Of a stretch of 64,000 bases of DNA, positions 27,241 through 36,287 are shown one piece after another (within the stretch, counting starts at the first letter, position 1; every line of letters starts with the position of its first letter). This DNA is from Acidilobaceae archaeon (GTDB taxonomy: Archaea; Thermoproteota; Thermoprotei_A; Sulfolobales; Acidilobaceae): assembly GCA_038897215.1 (NCBI GenBank), contig JAWAWX010000001.1:1095525-1159524 (forward strand), written 5' to 3'. Below the pieces are notes generated by a model that had not been told where the DNA came from, did not search any database, and saw only the letters and a program-made list of their open reading frames with translations. A program made the position numbers and the translations under genes.

Positions 27241-28410
27241 CTAGGCCTCTGCTATAGCTGAGACCAGTTCTCTCATCGGAGCGTCAGTCCTCACAGCTAG
27301 AGGGTCGAAGTGTGTCCGGACAGCTTTAAACCCCATGCCTCTAAGCTTGTTCATCACGCTATCCCTGCTAGGCACACTCCTCCTCAGCCGTGAGGCGATG
27401 TAGTCGAGACGCTGAGCTGGCGCTTCTTGAAGCTCGAGCTCTTCGAGCACCAAACCTAGTATCCTGAGTATACGACGCCGTGTTCTAAGGTAATCGAATC
27501 TGCTCTCTACAAGCGCTCCCAGCTTCTCGGCGAAGAGTCGCGAGCCCAGCTCTCCAGCCCATAGAGGGCCTAGCTCGTCTACGCTATGGCATCCCTCAAT
27601 CTCGCTCTCATCGAATGACACGTAGCCAGTATCATTGCACACCAGTAGGTACCTAATCTTATCCTCTAGCATTCGCGTCGCTCTCCTAGCCCCCCTCCCG
27701 ACTCTGACAAAGACTCTGACGTAGTAGTCCACCCATAGCGATAGGAGAGGCTCCACGTATCTATCGTGCATCGCGGCAATGCGAGCTACGTGAGCTAGGA
27801 GTGCTCGAATAGCTACCTCTCTAGACTGAGGGATCTTCCGGAGCCGGGCCCAGTACTTTCTCAAAGCAGCGCTACTCTTAGACCCCTCGAGTACAGCAGT
27901 GTCGGTAGCTGTAGCAGCTAGGAGCCCCCCATTGCCTACGAGTGCTAGTGCTGAATCGAGGAAGAATACTGGAGACCCGTAGGGGTCTAGGTCTACGAAG
28001 AGAACGGGCACGCCTGCTTCTCTGAGACGGCGCATCAACGCGTTAGCGTCTCCGCAGTAGATGCTGACTTTATCCCATGCTTTGTTTAAGCTCACGTTCT
28101 CCTCTATTAGCTTGCAGGCATCGTAATCGATATCGCTAGCGTAGACTCTCAAAACGTCCTCGACTTCAATAGCATACCTTAAGGCTCTAACCCCCGTGGC
28201 TGATAGAGGCTCAACGCCTATCACTGGCTTTCTGGGAGCGTAGTCGTTCACATAGACTTGGAGAGCTACAACACTGATGTCTCTATTGAACTCCATCCTC
28301 GGATTGTAGAAGACAGGGAGCCAGGCTGGCTCTAGTCTCTGCTCGGCAACAGCTTTATCGAGAGGAGGGACCTTAACTAGAACTCTGCCCTCTCTTAAAA
28401 CCCAATACAC
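27241..28410 (-). CDS. trm1: tRNA (guanine26-N2)-dimethyltransferase Trm1
   Basis: VFYNP.MEFNRD, SATGVRALRY, DLDPYGSP, TATD, RTHF...RTDAP. Confidence 0.95.
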   Translation of the reverse strand: MYWVLREGRVLVKVPPLDKAVAEQRLEPAWLPVFYNPRMEFNRDISVVALQVYVNDYAPRKPVIGVEPLSATGVRALRYAIEVEDVLRVYASDIDYDACKLIEENVSLNKAWDKVSIYCGDANALMRRLREAGVPVLFVDLDPYGSPVFFLDSALALVGNGGLLAATATDTAVLEGSKSSAALRKYWARLRKIPQSREVAIRALLAHVARIAAMHDRYVEPLLSLWVDYYVRVFVRVGRGARRATRMLEDKIRYLLVCNDTGYVSFDESEIEGCHSVDELGPLWAGELGSRLFAEKLGALVESRFDYLRTRRRILRILGLVLEELELQEAPAQRLDYIASRLRRSVPSRDSVMNKLRGMGFKAVRTHFDPLAVRTDAPMRELVSAIAEA

Positions 28411-28488
28411 TGGCTCCCCTATCTAGAGGTTGCTCGTAGATAATCTTAACCCTAATTAGCTCTCAATTATTTAAACATCGAGGTCGCC

Positions 28489-29412
28489 ATGATAGCTCCA
28501 CCTAGCTCTGCTAGGTTTAGAGAAGCTCTCGTAGAGCTGAGAGATGCTTTGAGAAGAGAGGAGTCTAGAGGAGGTAATGGTTTGAAGAGAGTGGGTGGAG
28601 TCGTTGAGGTTGAGCTTCCAAAGAATGCTCCAGTAGCTGTAGTAGGAGACACTCACGGAGATTACGTCACGTTCAAGAGGATCTTGAGGAAAGCTGAGGA
28701 GAGCGGCGTGATCAGCAAGGGGCTACTAATCGCTCTAGGAGATTACGTGGATAGAGGAGCGCCCGAAGAGCAGGTTCTCCTAGTATACGAGCTAGCCGAG
28801 CTAAAGAAGGAGATGAGGGAGAGACTGATACTGCTTAGAGGCAATCACGAGCCTCCACCTGGTCTAATCCCCTATCCTCACGACTACCCGTGGGTGCTGA
28901 AAGAACTCTATGGCTACGAGGAGGGGGAGGGGCTATACTCTATCTCTCGAGAGGTCTTCGACTCGATGCCTCACGCTCTAATCGTGAAGAACGTAGCGCT
29001 ACTAGTCCACGGAGGGCTACCTACTCGATTCGGCGCGCTAAGCGCTCTAGAATATCTAGCTCACGACAGGAGAGTCGATGTGTTGGAGGAGATCCTGTGG
29101 AACGACCCCTCGGAGCACGTTGAGTGGAGAGCTCCCAGCCCTCGTGGAGCCGGGTACCTTTGGGGTAGGAGGGTTACCGATGAGGCTCTAAGACTGCTCG
29201 GCGTGAAGTTCGTAGTGAGAGGGCACGAGCCTGTATACGATGGATTCAAAGTAAGCCACGGCGGGAGAGTCCTAACGGTCTTCTCTAGGCTGGGCCCACC
29301 GTACTACAATGGGAGAGCAGCGTTCCTAGAGTGCTTAGGCGAGCTGTTCGCCGAGAAGCCTCTAGACTGTCTGCGGCTCCTAGAGTACGACTATGGAGAG
29401 CTCTCTTCCTAA
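28489..29412 (+). CDS. PPP-family Ser/Thr protein phosphatase
   Basis: GDTHG, GDYVDRG, LRGNHE, HGG, LWNDP, RGHE. Confidence 0.93.
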   Translation: MIAPPSSARFREALVELRDALRREESRGGNGLKRVGGVVEVELPKNAPVAVVGDTHGDYVTFKRILRKAEESGVISKGLLIALGDYVDRGAPEEQVLLVYELAELKKEMRERLILLRGNHEPPPGLIPYPHDYPWVLKELYGYEEGEGLYSISREVFDSMPHALIVKNVALLVHGGLPTRFGALSALEYLAHDRRVDVLEEILWNDPSEHVEWRAPSPRGAGYLWGRRVTDEALRLLGVKFVVRGHEPVYDGFKVSHGGRVLTVFSRLGPPYYNGRAAFLECLGELFAEKPLDCLRLLEYDYGELSS

Positions 29413-29535
29413 AACCAGCGCGCGCCAAGCCTCAAGCTCGAAAGCGGACTCTACGGGTTTCCCGATGAGTTCTACGCCCGAGTTTGAGCGTGCTCGACCG
29501 CGTTGAGCACATACGCGAAGACTAAGGGGGGGAGT

Positions 29536-30723
29536 CTACGAGTCCTTAGTCCTCCTCGCTCTAAGAATCTCCTCTAGAGCTCCCACCAGCTTCTCGATGT
29601 CTTCGTAGTTGTTGTAGAAGTGGGGCGATACTCTGACTAAGCCGGGTCTGGCTGCGACGATTATCCCTCTACGAGCCAGCTCTCCAGCGACTAGGCGGGG
29701 TTCGGGGTGCTTGAAGGTCACTATAGCGGAGTGCCTCTCTCTAGGAGTGTAGACCTCTAGCCCCAGGTCTTCCAGCTCATCGATCAGCCTGGCGGCCAGT
29801 CTTCTCGTATGTGATTCGAAGACCTCCACGGCTTCGTGCTGGAGCAGGAATCTCAGAGACTCTCTCAGAGCGTAGAAGGAGACCAGGGGGAGAGTGCCCC
29901 ACTCCAGCTTTCTCGCGTCTCTAGCTAGCTCCAGATTCTCGATGTCGATGGGTCTAGCGAACTCGGGCTCTCCTCTGAGGATTCTCGAGACGACCGAGTC
30001 CTCGAGCGCAAGCCAGCCAGCGTAGCTCGGGTCTAGCTCTTCGACTATGTCTCTCGAGACGAACGCTAGCGCAGCGCCGTGCGGAGCCATGAGCCACTTG
30101 TACGACCCAGTCACCATGACGTCGACTCCTAGAAGCCTCACGTCTACCGGCATCACTCCAACAGCGTGGAAAGCGTCAGTCACCAGAATCGCTCCTCTCG
30201 CGTGAGCGATCTCCGAGAGCTCTCTGAGGCTCTCCACGTGTCCGGAGAGCCACCCCACGTAGTCGGCTACCACTAGACACACGGAGTCGTCGACAAGCCT
30301 CCTGTACTCATCCAGCTCCACGAGCCCCCCGGTCTCTCTCGCTATCCTCACCTCTCTGAGAAGCCCTCTCCTAGCCATCGATTTCAGCACAGCCGTGGAG
30401 GTCGGGAAGTTCAGAGAGCTCGCTACAGCCACGCAGCCATCTCTAAGCCTTAAAGAGGATAGTGTCACAGCTAGAGCGTATGTGACCCCGGGGAAGGCAG
30501 CGACTTCCTCGAGAGAAGCTCCCACGAGGCTGGCGAAGAGCTTCTTAGACTCGTAGACAGCTCTCCACCCCTCCTCCCAAGGCTCCCCCCTACTAGCCCA
30601 GAGCTCAGCAAACTCGACTAGAGCTCTCCTAGTGGCGTCCGGTAGAGGGCCAGCGCTCGCGTTATCCAGGTAGGTGAGGCTCTCCAGGATTCTGATTTGG
30701 CTTCTCGCAGCCGCGCTACCCAT
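29536..30723 (-). CDS. Class V PLP aminotransferase-fold enzyme (SufS/kynureninase-like)
   Basis: YLDNAS.G, DAFH, GSYKWL, RVSPHFYN; no Cys in the C-terminal desulfurase loop. Confidence 0.85.
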   Translation of the reverse strand: MGSAAARSQIRILESLTYLDNASAGPLPDATRRALVEFAELWASRGEPWEEGWRAVYESKKLFASLVGASLEEVAAFPGVTYALAVTLSSLRLRDGCVAVASSLNFPTSTAVLKSMARRGLLREVRIARETGGLVELDEYRRLVDDSVCLVVADYVGWLSGHVESLRELSEIAHARGAILVTDAFHAVGVMPVDVRLLGVDVMVTGSYKWLMAPHGAALAFVSRDIVEELDPSYAGWLALEDSVVSRILRGEPEFARPIDIENLELARDARKLEWGTLPLVSFYALRESLRFLLQHEAVEVFESHTRRLAARLIDELEDLGLEVYTPRERHSAIVTFKHPEPRLVAGELARRGIIVAARPGLVRVSPHFYNNYEDIEKLVGALEEILRARRTKDS

Positions 30724-30742
30724 CTGGGAGCACCATGCTTGT

Positions 30743-31615
30743 TCAGGGCTTCGACTCCAGCCTCCGTCTTAAAATTATCTCTGCTAGAAGACTGCGCTCT
30801 CGCTTAGAGAGGGTTATAGTGTACGCTATCGGCTCAGCCTGCGACCTCATACTCGGGGGCTTGATCTCACCGTCGTATACAGCGTACCCGGCGAGCATGA
30901 TCTCCTCAGCGAGCCTCAAGGGGAGGTTTTGCGCAGCCGCTACGAGCAAGTCCTCGAATCCAAGAGCCTTCTTCACCTCGTCCTCCGAGACGTTTCTACC
31001 GCAGACTATGCAGGAGTAGTCTGGAGCCACGGCCTGGAAGCCGCAGTAGGGGCACTTCACAGGCAGAGGCTTACCGTATGACTGCCACAGGTCTCTCAGC
31101 ATATCTACCAGATGACCTAGCTTTCTCTCGGCGAGAGCTCTGTAGAGTTGTGGCGCCATAGAGCCAGCGATCTCGGGCGCGTTAACTATCAAGAACTCTA
31201 GCTGGCTATCGCTTAAGCTCTCTACGCCTCTCTCGAGAAGCTTCACTGCTACATACCTGTATAGCTTGTCTCTCACACGTAGCAGAGTCTTGACTATCAG
31301 CTCTTTATCTGGCTCTCTCCCTCCCTGGGTAGCTTCCTCCGCGACTCTCCTCGCTACCTCAGCCAAGACCTGCTTCTCGCAAACCCCAGCTAGACCGAGC
31401 GCCTCCCATAACTCGATAGCAGCTTCCTCCGCGACTTTATCTAACGCCTCAGCAGAGACCTCGAGAGCTCTCCCGGCTCTTCTCGCGCTAACGCGCTTCT
31501 CCGAAGCTCTCTTCTCGAACACCTGGCCTCTCCTAGGCTGAGCTGATCCCGGAGCTCCGCTTACCTCGCTACTCTCAGCCTTGGTGCTAGAAGCTCTCCT
31601 AGCTCTTTCAGGCAT
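30743..31615 (-). CDS. Hypothetical protein with Zn ribbon and low-complexity basic N-terminus
   Basis: CPYCG...CIVCG; SD GAGGAG precedes the ATG. Confidence 0.8.
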   Translation of the reverse strand: MPERARRASSTKAESSEVSGAPGSAQPRRGQVFEKRASEKRVSARRAGRALEVSAEALDKVAEEAAIELWEALGLAGVCEKQVLAEVARRVAEEATQGGREPDKELIVKTLLRVRDKLYRYVAVKLLERGVESLSDSQLEFLIVNAPEIAGSMAPQLYRALAERKLGHLVDMLRDLWQSYGKPLPVKCPYCGFQAVAPDYSCIVCGRNVSEDEVKKALGFEDLLVAAAQNLPLRLAEEIMLAGYAVYDGEIKPPSMRSQAEPIAYTITLSKRERSLLAEIILRRRLESKP

Positions 31616-31956
31616 CCTGGCTCCTCAGCATACAGAGAGTGGGCTTGGAAACTATTATGGCGATTAGGGGTTAGCACTAATAGCGGTTGCATGAGCTGAA
31701 ACATCCGAGAGTCTCGAGGCCGGAGTTGATTAGCGTACAGTCCCCTAGCTCAGTACTACCAATGTCTCCTCACGGCTGAAGCAGTGATGGAGGCTTGGAG
31801 AACTCTAGCTCTTGAGTACTACTTCCAGAGGATCTAGGGGAAGCCGTCATGCAAGGAGTCTCGGTGTCTCAAGTTTATTCTCGCTTACCTCCCACTAGGT
31901 TCTGGTATCAGCGTGGCAGACTTAGGACTCGCGCTATGGTAGGTGGGGGTGGCTTA

Positions 31957-34908
31957 ATGTCTGGTGACGAGCTAGAGCTAGCGTTAATACGGGAGTCGGC
32001 TCTACGCCCTGAAGCCGAGGAGGAGGCTAAGGCTAGCCTGCTTAGGAGAATATACGATACTGTCGTGAGAAGCTATGCTGAGAGAGCTCCCAACGGAGGC
32101 CTCCTAGCGCCCCTCCCCGAGTGCGTTAAGAAAGCAGCTTCAGGAGAGCTCTGCGCTGACGACATGAAGCTCACCTATAACGCTATACGTGTGATGATGT
32201 CTAGATACATGAGTAGAGATGAGCGAGGCTCGTTCATAGAGACTCCGAGCATGGTTTTCGCTCGAGTAGCTCTAGGCTTCTCCAAGAGAGTAGACTCGAG
32301 GAGACTCTACGAGCTAATGGCTAGCGGTAAGTTCATGTTCAATAGCCCCACTCTCTTCAACATGTACGCTGACGGAGCCAAGGGGACTCTCTCAGCTTGC
32401 TACGTGACCCCCGTCTACGATAGCATGAGAGCGATCATGGACGCTGCGGTAGTGCAGGCAATGACTTTCAAGTACGGTGGCGGCCAAGGCTTCAGCTTCA
32501 GCGAGCTGAGACCCAGGTGGGATATCGTTAGAGGAACGAGTAGCTACAGTAGTGGGCCCATGAGCTTCATGAGGCTCTACGACGTGGTCACAGAGCTCGT
32601 CAAACAAGGAGGCAAGAGAAGAGGAGCGAACATGGGCATAATGCACGTATGGCACCCCGACATCTACAACCCCGGCTTCGACCCCTACGTGGCTCTAAGG
32701 AACGCTCTACCGCCCCAGGTCAGAGAGCTCATCAGCGTCTTCAAGACCCTCATATCGGAGATCGAGAGCGAAGGCTATAGCGTCAACGAGAGAGTCAAGA
32801 GCCTCGTGGAGCTTCTATCCAAAGACGGCTACTGGACTCTCGAGGACGCGGGCTTCATACAGGCTAAGAAGCCCCCTCTACATGACGCTAACCTAACCAA
32901 CTTCAACATAAGCGTTGGAGTCAACGATGCATTCATGGACGCTGTCCTCAGAGGAGAGAAGTGGTGGATGGTAAACCCGAGGATGAGCGACGAGGGAGAC
33001 GGAGTCTACAGACTACACTACTCGGTGAGCAGAGCTACTGGTCTCGGAGCTCTAGGCAGACTCATAGAGAAGCACTCATGGCTCCTGAAGAACCCCTACC
33101 TCAACATCTTCGAGGACGTCTTGGAGAAAGCTAGAGCGAGAGCTCTCAGAGAGCTCGAGGAGTGGTGTAAGGCGTGGAGTTGCCAGCCATCGCTCGATTC
33201 TAAGAACACCTTCGCGTGGAGAACAGACGCTAGACTACTCTGGGAGGAGGTAGTGAAGACAGCCTGGGAGGGAGGAGACCCAGGCGTAGTCTTCCTAGAT
33301 AACCACAACAAGTGGAACCCCACGCCGTGGCTGGGAGCTCTCGCCGCCACGAACCCGTGCTCTGAGCAGGTTCTCTATCCATTCGAGAACTGCAACCTGG
33401 GTAGCGTGAATCTAGCCAAGTATATCGAGAACGGGAGATTCAAGCTACACGAGTTCTACCAAGACTTAGAGGTCGTAGTTGAAGCTATGGATGCAGCCAT
33501 CGACCTAAACAATCACCCTGACAGCAGGCACTATCTTGTGAACAAGCTCACTAGGAAGATCGGAGTCGGGGTCATGGGTCTAGCCGACGCTCTAGCCAAG
33601 CTAGGGCTACCTTACGATAGCGATGAGGCCGTGGCTTTTACTCTAATCGCTCTAGCCGCTCTCGAGGCGTTCGCCTGGAAGAAGAGCTGGGAGCTCGGAG
33701 CCAGGCTCGGCCACGCTCCGGCATTCGAGTGTGCTCGCTTCGACTGGGCTAGACTAGAGTGTGTTGAGAGAAGAGAGCCCGAAGAGCTCTCCGAGCTACT
33801 GACCCCAGCTCTCCTCAAGGTCTCAGACGTAGTCAGATTTGAGAATGGATGGGTTAAAGTTAGATACCACGATGTAGAGATGCCTAGAGAGTACAGAGAG
33901 AGGCTCGTGGGGCTAGCGGAGCGTAGAGTAGAGCAAGACGGGTCCATCAAGCTAATCCCACTCTCGGCTCTAGAGAAGGTGCTCAGAGAGGTCTTCGGGA
34001 TAAGCGAGGACGTAATCGAGAAAGCTAGGAGCCATCATCTCAGCAACGCTGAGCAGAGCCCGGAGATGCTCCTAGCTCTAGCAGTGCTAGACCCGGCTAG
34101 AGCTTGGAGACTCCTAGTAGAGCACGGTAGGAGACTAGGAGCCCGGGCTCCCAGGAACACTGTGACGACCACTGTGGCTCCAACAGGGACTGTCAGCATA
34201 ATAGCTGGCTGTAGTAGCGGCATAGAGCCCTACTTCGCTCTAGTCTACAAGAGGCAGGTTACTGTAGGCACGTTCCTCGAGATAGCTAGAGAGTTCAGGA
34301 GAGACCTGCTAGAGCTAGCTAGAGCCTACGGGCTCTCCGCTAGAGCAGTCTCGGAGGTCTACGATGCAGTGAGGAGAAACAAGGGTAGCCTGAGGAGAGC
34401 TCTACCAGAAGTCCTCGAAGTGCTCAAGACGGAGGGAGCGCCTGAAGAGGCTCTAGAAGCTGTCAGAAGACTAGCTAGGAAGTACGCTACAGCCATGGAT
34501 GTAGACGTGTGGTACCACCTAGCTCACCAGATAGCCGCTCAGCTCTACGTAGACCAGTCGATAAGCAAGACGATAAACCTGCCGAGAGACGCTCCCGTCG
34601 ACGCTGTCCACACAGCCTACCTAGTAGCCTGGCTGGGCGGCCTCAAGGGGGTCACAGTCTACAGAGATGAGAGCAAGACCTCGCAAGTCATAGTCTTCGG
34701 AGGAGAGCGAGAAGAGAGGAAGACGAGGATCCTCGTCAAGAAAGCCCAGCGACCAGCGTCTCTCAGAATGGCTCTAGTGAGGAGAGAGATGAAGGCGGAG
34801 GAGGCGGTGGCGGACGAAAAGCTAGCAGAGCTATACGAGGTCAAGCAGGAGGGAGAGATAGTAGTCCTCCAGCACGAGAACTCAACCTGCAAGACCTGCG
34901 AGAGGTAG
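31957..34908 (+). CDS. nrdJ: Adenosylcobalamin-dependent (class II) ribonucleotide reductase
   Basis: FNSPTLFN, SAC, QGGKRRGANM, NFNISV, TNPCSEQ, CNLGS, APTGT, SKTIN, KGVTVYRD and C-terminal CKTC. SD GGGGGTGG precedes ATG 31957. Confidence 0.93.
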   Translation: MSGDELELALIRESALRPEAEEEAKASLLRRIYDTVVRSYAERAPNGGLLAPLPECVKKAASGELCADDMKLTYNAIRVMMSRYMSRDERGSFIETPSMVFARVALGFSKRVDSRRLYELMASGKFMFNSPTLFNMYADGAKGTLSACYVTPVYDSMRAIMDAAVVQAMTFKYGGGQGFSFSELRPRWDIVRGTSSYSSGPMSFMRLYDVVTELVKQGGKRRGANMGIMHVWHPDIYNPGFDPYVALRNALPPQVRELISVFKTLISEIESEGYSVNERVKSLVELLSKDGYWTLEDAGFIQAKKPPLHDANLTNFNISVGVNDAFMDAVLRGEKWWMVNPRMSDEGDGVYRLHYSVSRATGLGALGRLIEKHSWLLKNPYLNIFEDVLEKARARALRELEEWCKAWSCQPSLDSKNTFAWRTDARLLWEEVVKTAWEGGDPGVVFLDNHNKWNPTPWLGALAATNPCSEQVLYPFENCNLGSVNLAKYIENGRFKLHEFYQDLEVVVEAMDAAIDLNNHPDSRHYLVNKLTRKIGVGVMGLADALAKLGLPYDSDEAVAFTLIALAALEAFAWKKSWELGARLGHAPAFECARFDWARLECVERREPEELSELLTPALLKVSDVVRFENGWVKVRYHDVEMPREYRERLVGLAERRVEQDGSIKLIPLSALEKVLREVFGISEDVIEKARSHHLSNAEQSPEMLLALAVLDPARAWRLLVEHGRRLGARAPRNTVTTTVAPTGTVSIIAGCSSGIEPYFALVYKRQVTVGTFLEIAREFRRDLLELARAYGLSARAVSEVYDAVRRNKGSLRRALPEVLEVLKTEGAPEEALEAVRRLARKYATAMDVDVWYHLAHQIAAQLYVDQSISKTINLPRDAPVDAVHTAYLVAWLGGLKGVTVYRDESKTSQVIVFGGEREERKTRILVKKAQRPASLRMALVRREMKAEEAVADEKLAELYEVKQEGEIVVLQHENSTCKTCER

Positions 34909-34921
34909 ACGCAGAGAAAGG

Positions 34922-35935
34922 TCACGCGAGCCAAGCAACTACTAGAGCTACGAGAGCGGGGATTAGAGAGAGCTTCACAACAATAGCGATCGACTCCTCT
35001 ACCCTCACTCTCCCAAAGATAGCTCTAGTTAACACCATTGCCTCGAGCACTAAGACGAACTTCACGGTAGCGACGAGGAGCCCGCACAGACTCCACTGAC
35101 TGCAGGGAGCGGGGCCTCCCAGTATCAGGTATGATATTATGAGCGAGTGAACAGCTAGCTCCACGTCTCTGTAGAGCTTGTAGAGAGCTAGAGTAGGGCC
35201 CGACATCTCTGTCAAAGGCCCTGCTATCAGCTCTTGCTCTGCTTCAACCACATCGAAAGGCTTTAGTTTAAGCTTGGCTTGCGTCGACACTATAGCCGAT
35301 GAGAGAGCCATAATCATCAGCAGAGACCTCAGCAATTCCCCTAAGTCGAGAGAGCTAGGGATGAGCATGTCGAGAGCGACGCTAGAGGTGGTAGCTACAG
35401 TGAATGGCGTATCCTCTAGTCTCGATGCTAGAACACAGGGGACTAGTAGAGAGGCTGCTAGAGCAGGCTCGGCTACAGTTGCTACCGAGAGAAACCTGGA
35501 GAACCCGACTACTACATAGGGGTTCGGGTACGAGATGAAAGCTAGCGAGAGCGAGACAAGCGGCAGGACGATTACTAGGTAGATCAGCACGACTACGTCT
35601 CCCCTAGCTTCAAGCCTAGCTGGGGAGAGTGGTAGTAGAAGCGTGGACACCGATAGACTAGCAATACCTAGAGCTAGAGCAGTCTTAGCCAAAAGAGGGC
35701 TAGACCCTCTGGGAGCCACCTCCTCCTTGGCTACGAGTAGCTTCAGGAAGTCTGCGAGAGGCTGGAGGAGACCGTATGCCCCCACGTAGCTCGGGCCCAT
35801 CCTGCTCTGAGCTCTAGCCACAGTCTTTCTCTCAAGCCACTCCGAGAAGAAGCCTAGAGTAGTAGCGAAGAGCAGACCCGGGTATACTAGAGCAGAAAGC
35901 AAAACCATGAACACTGTAGCAGAATCCATCAACAT
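34922..35935 (-). CDS. Hydrogenase membrane subunit, NuoH/MbhM-like
   Basis: ERK..AR.Q.RMGP, GLLQPLAD..KL, PFD..EAEQELIAG..TE. Confidence 0.92.
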   Translation of the reverse strand: MLMDSATVFMVLLSALVYPGLLFATTLGFFSEWLERKTVARAQSRMGPSYVGAYGLLQPLADFLKLLVAKEEVAPRGSSPLLAKTALALGIASLSVSTLLLPLSPARLEARGDVVVLIYLVIVLPLVSLSLAFISYPNPYVVVGFSRFLSVATVAEPALAASLLVPCVLASRLEDTPFTVATTSSVALDMLIPSSLDLGELLRSLLMIMALSSAIVSTQAKLKLKPFDVVEAEQELIAGPLTEMSGPTLALYKLYRDVELAVHSLIISYLILGGPAPCSQWSLCGLLVATVKFVLVLEAMVLTRAIFGRVRVEESIAIVVKLSLIPALVALVVAWLA

Positions 35936-35942
35936 CCCTCTC

Positions 35943-36287
35943 TCACTCTACTAGAATAGCGATAATCGCTAAGACGAGCAAGACTATGTACCATGAAGCC
36001 ATGTAGATAGCCCAATCGCTAAGCTTCCCGCTGTGGATAGAGTCTCTAAGCACTACGTAAGCTTCTCTAAAAGCGCGTGCTGTAAACCCCCAGTATAGAG
36101 TAGCGGTGTTCGGGTAGGGTCTCGAGAGAGAGTCAACATCCTCTCCACCCACGTAAACCCCCCCTTTTCTAATCGAGAACCCGGCTCTAGCAATTCTAGC
36201 GACTACTAGCAGGAAAGCGGAGACCAGGACTACTAGCATCGTGGTGGCAAGAGCTAGCTCAACGATACTCAAACCCAGGGTCTTCAA
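35943..36287 (-). CDS. Small membrane subunit, MbhI-like (NuoL C-terminal helix-like)
   Basis: TM-Y.GGE...LYWG...HSG.LSDW-TM pattern; operon position. Confidence 0.7.
   Translation of the reverse strand: MKTLGLSIVELALATTMLVVLVSAFLLVVARIARAGFSIRKGGVYVGGEDVDSLSRPYPNTATLYWGFTARAFREAYVVLRDSIHSGKLSDWAIYMASWYIVLLVLAIIAILVE

Noticed and set aside
31730-31837. 35-codon frame LAYSPLAQYY...LALEYYFQRI
   Set aside because: No canonical start for most of its length and no recognisable homology; cannot be supported.
31834-31870. GGGGAAGCCG...CGGT resembling the cobalamin riboswitch J3/4-P4
   Set aside because: No T-loop, CCCGC.ACTGT or B12 box, so it is not called a known riboswitch; kept only as an unknown structured leader.
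31849-31956. Longer N-terminus of NrdJ given by the ORF track
   Set aside because: The strong SD sits before ATG 31957 and the extension has no protein-like conservation.
33300-33400. Possible intein at RNR insertion hotspots
   Set aside because: The TNPCSE and QGGKRRGA motifs are uninterrupted and there are no intein termini.
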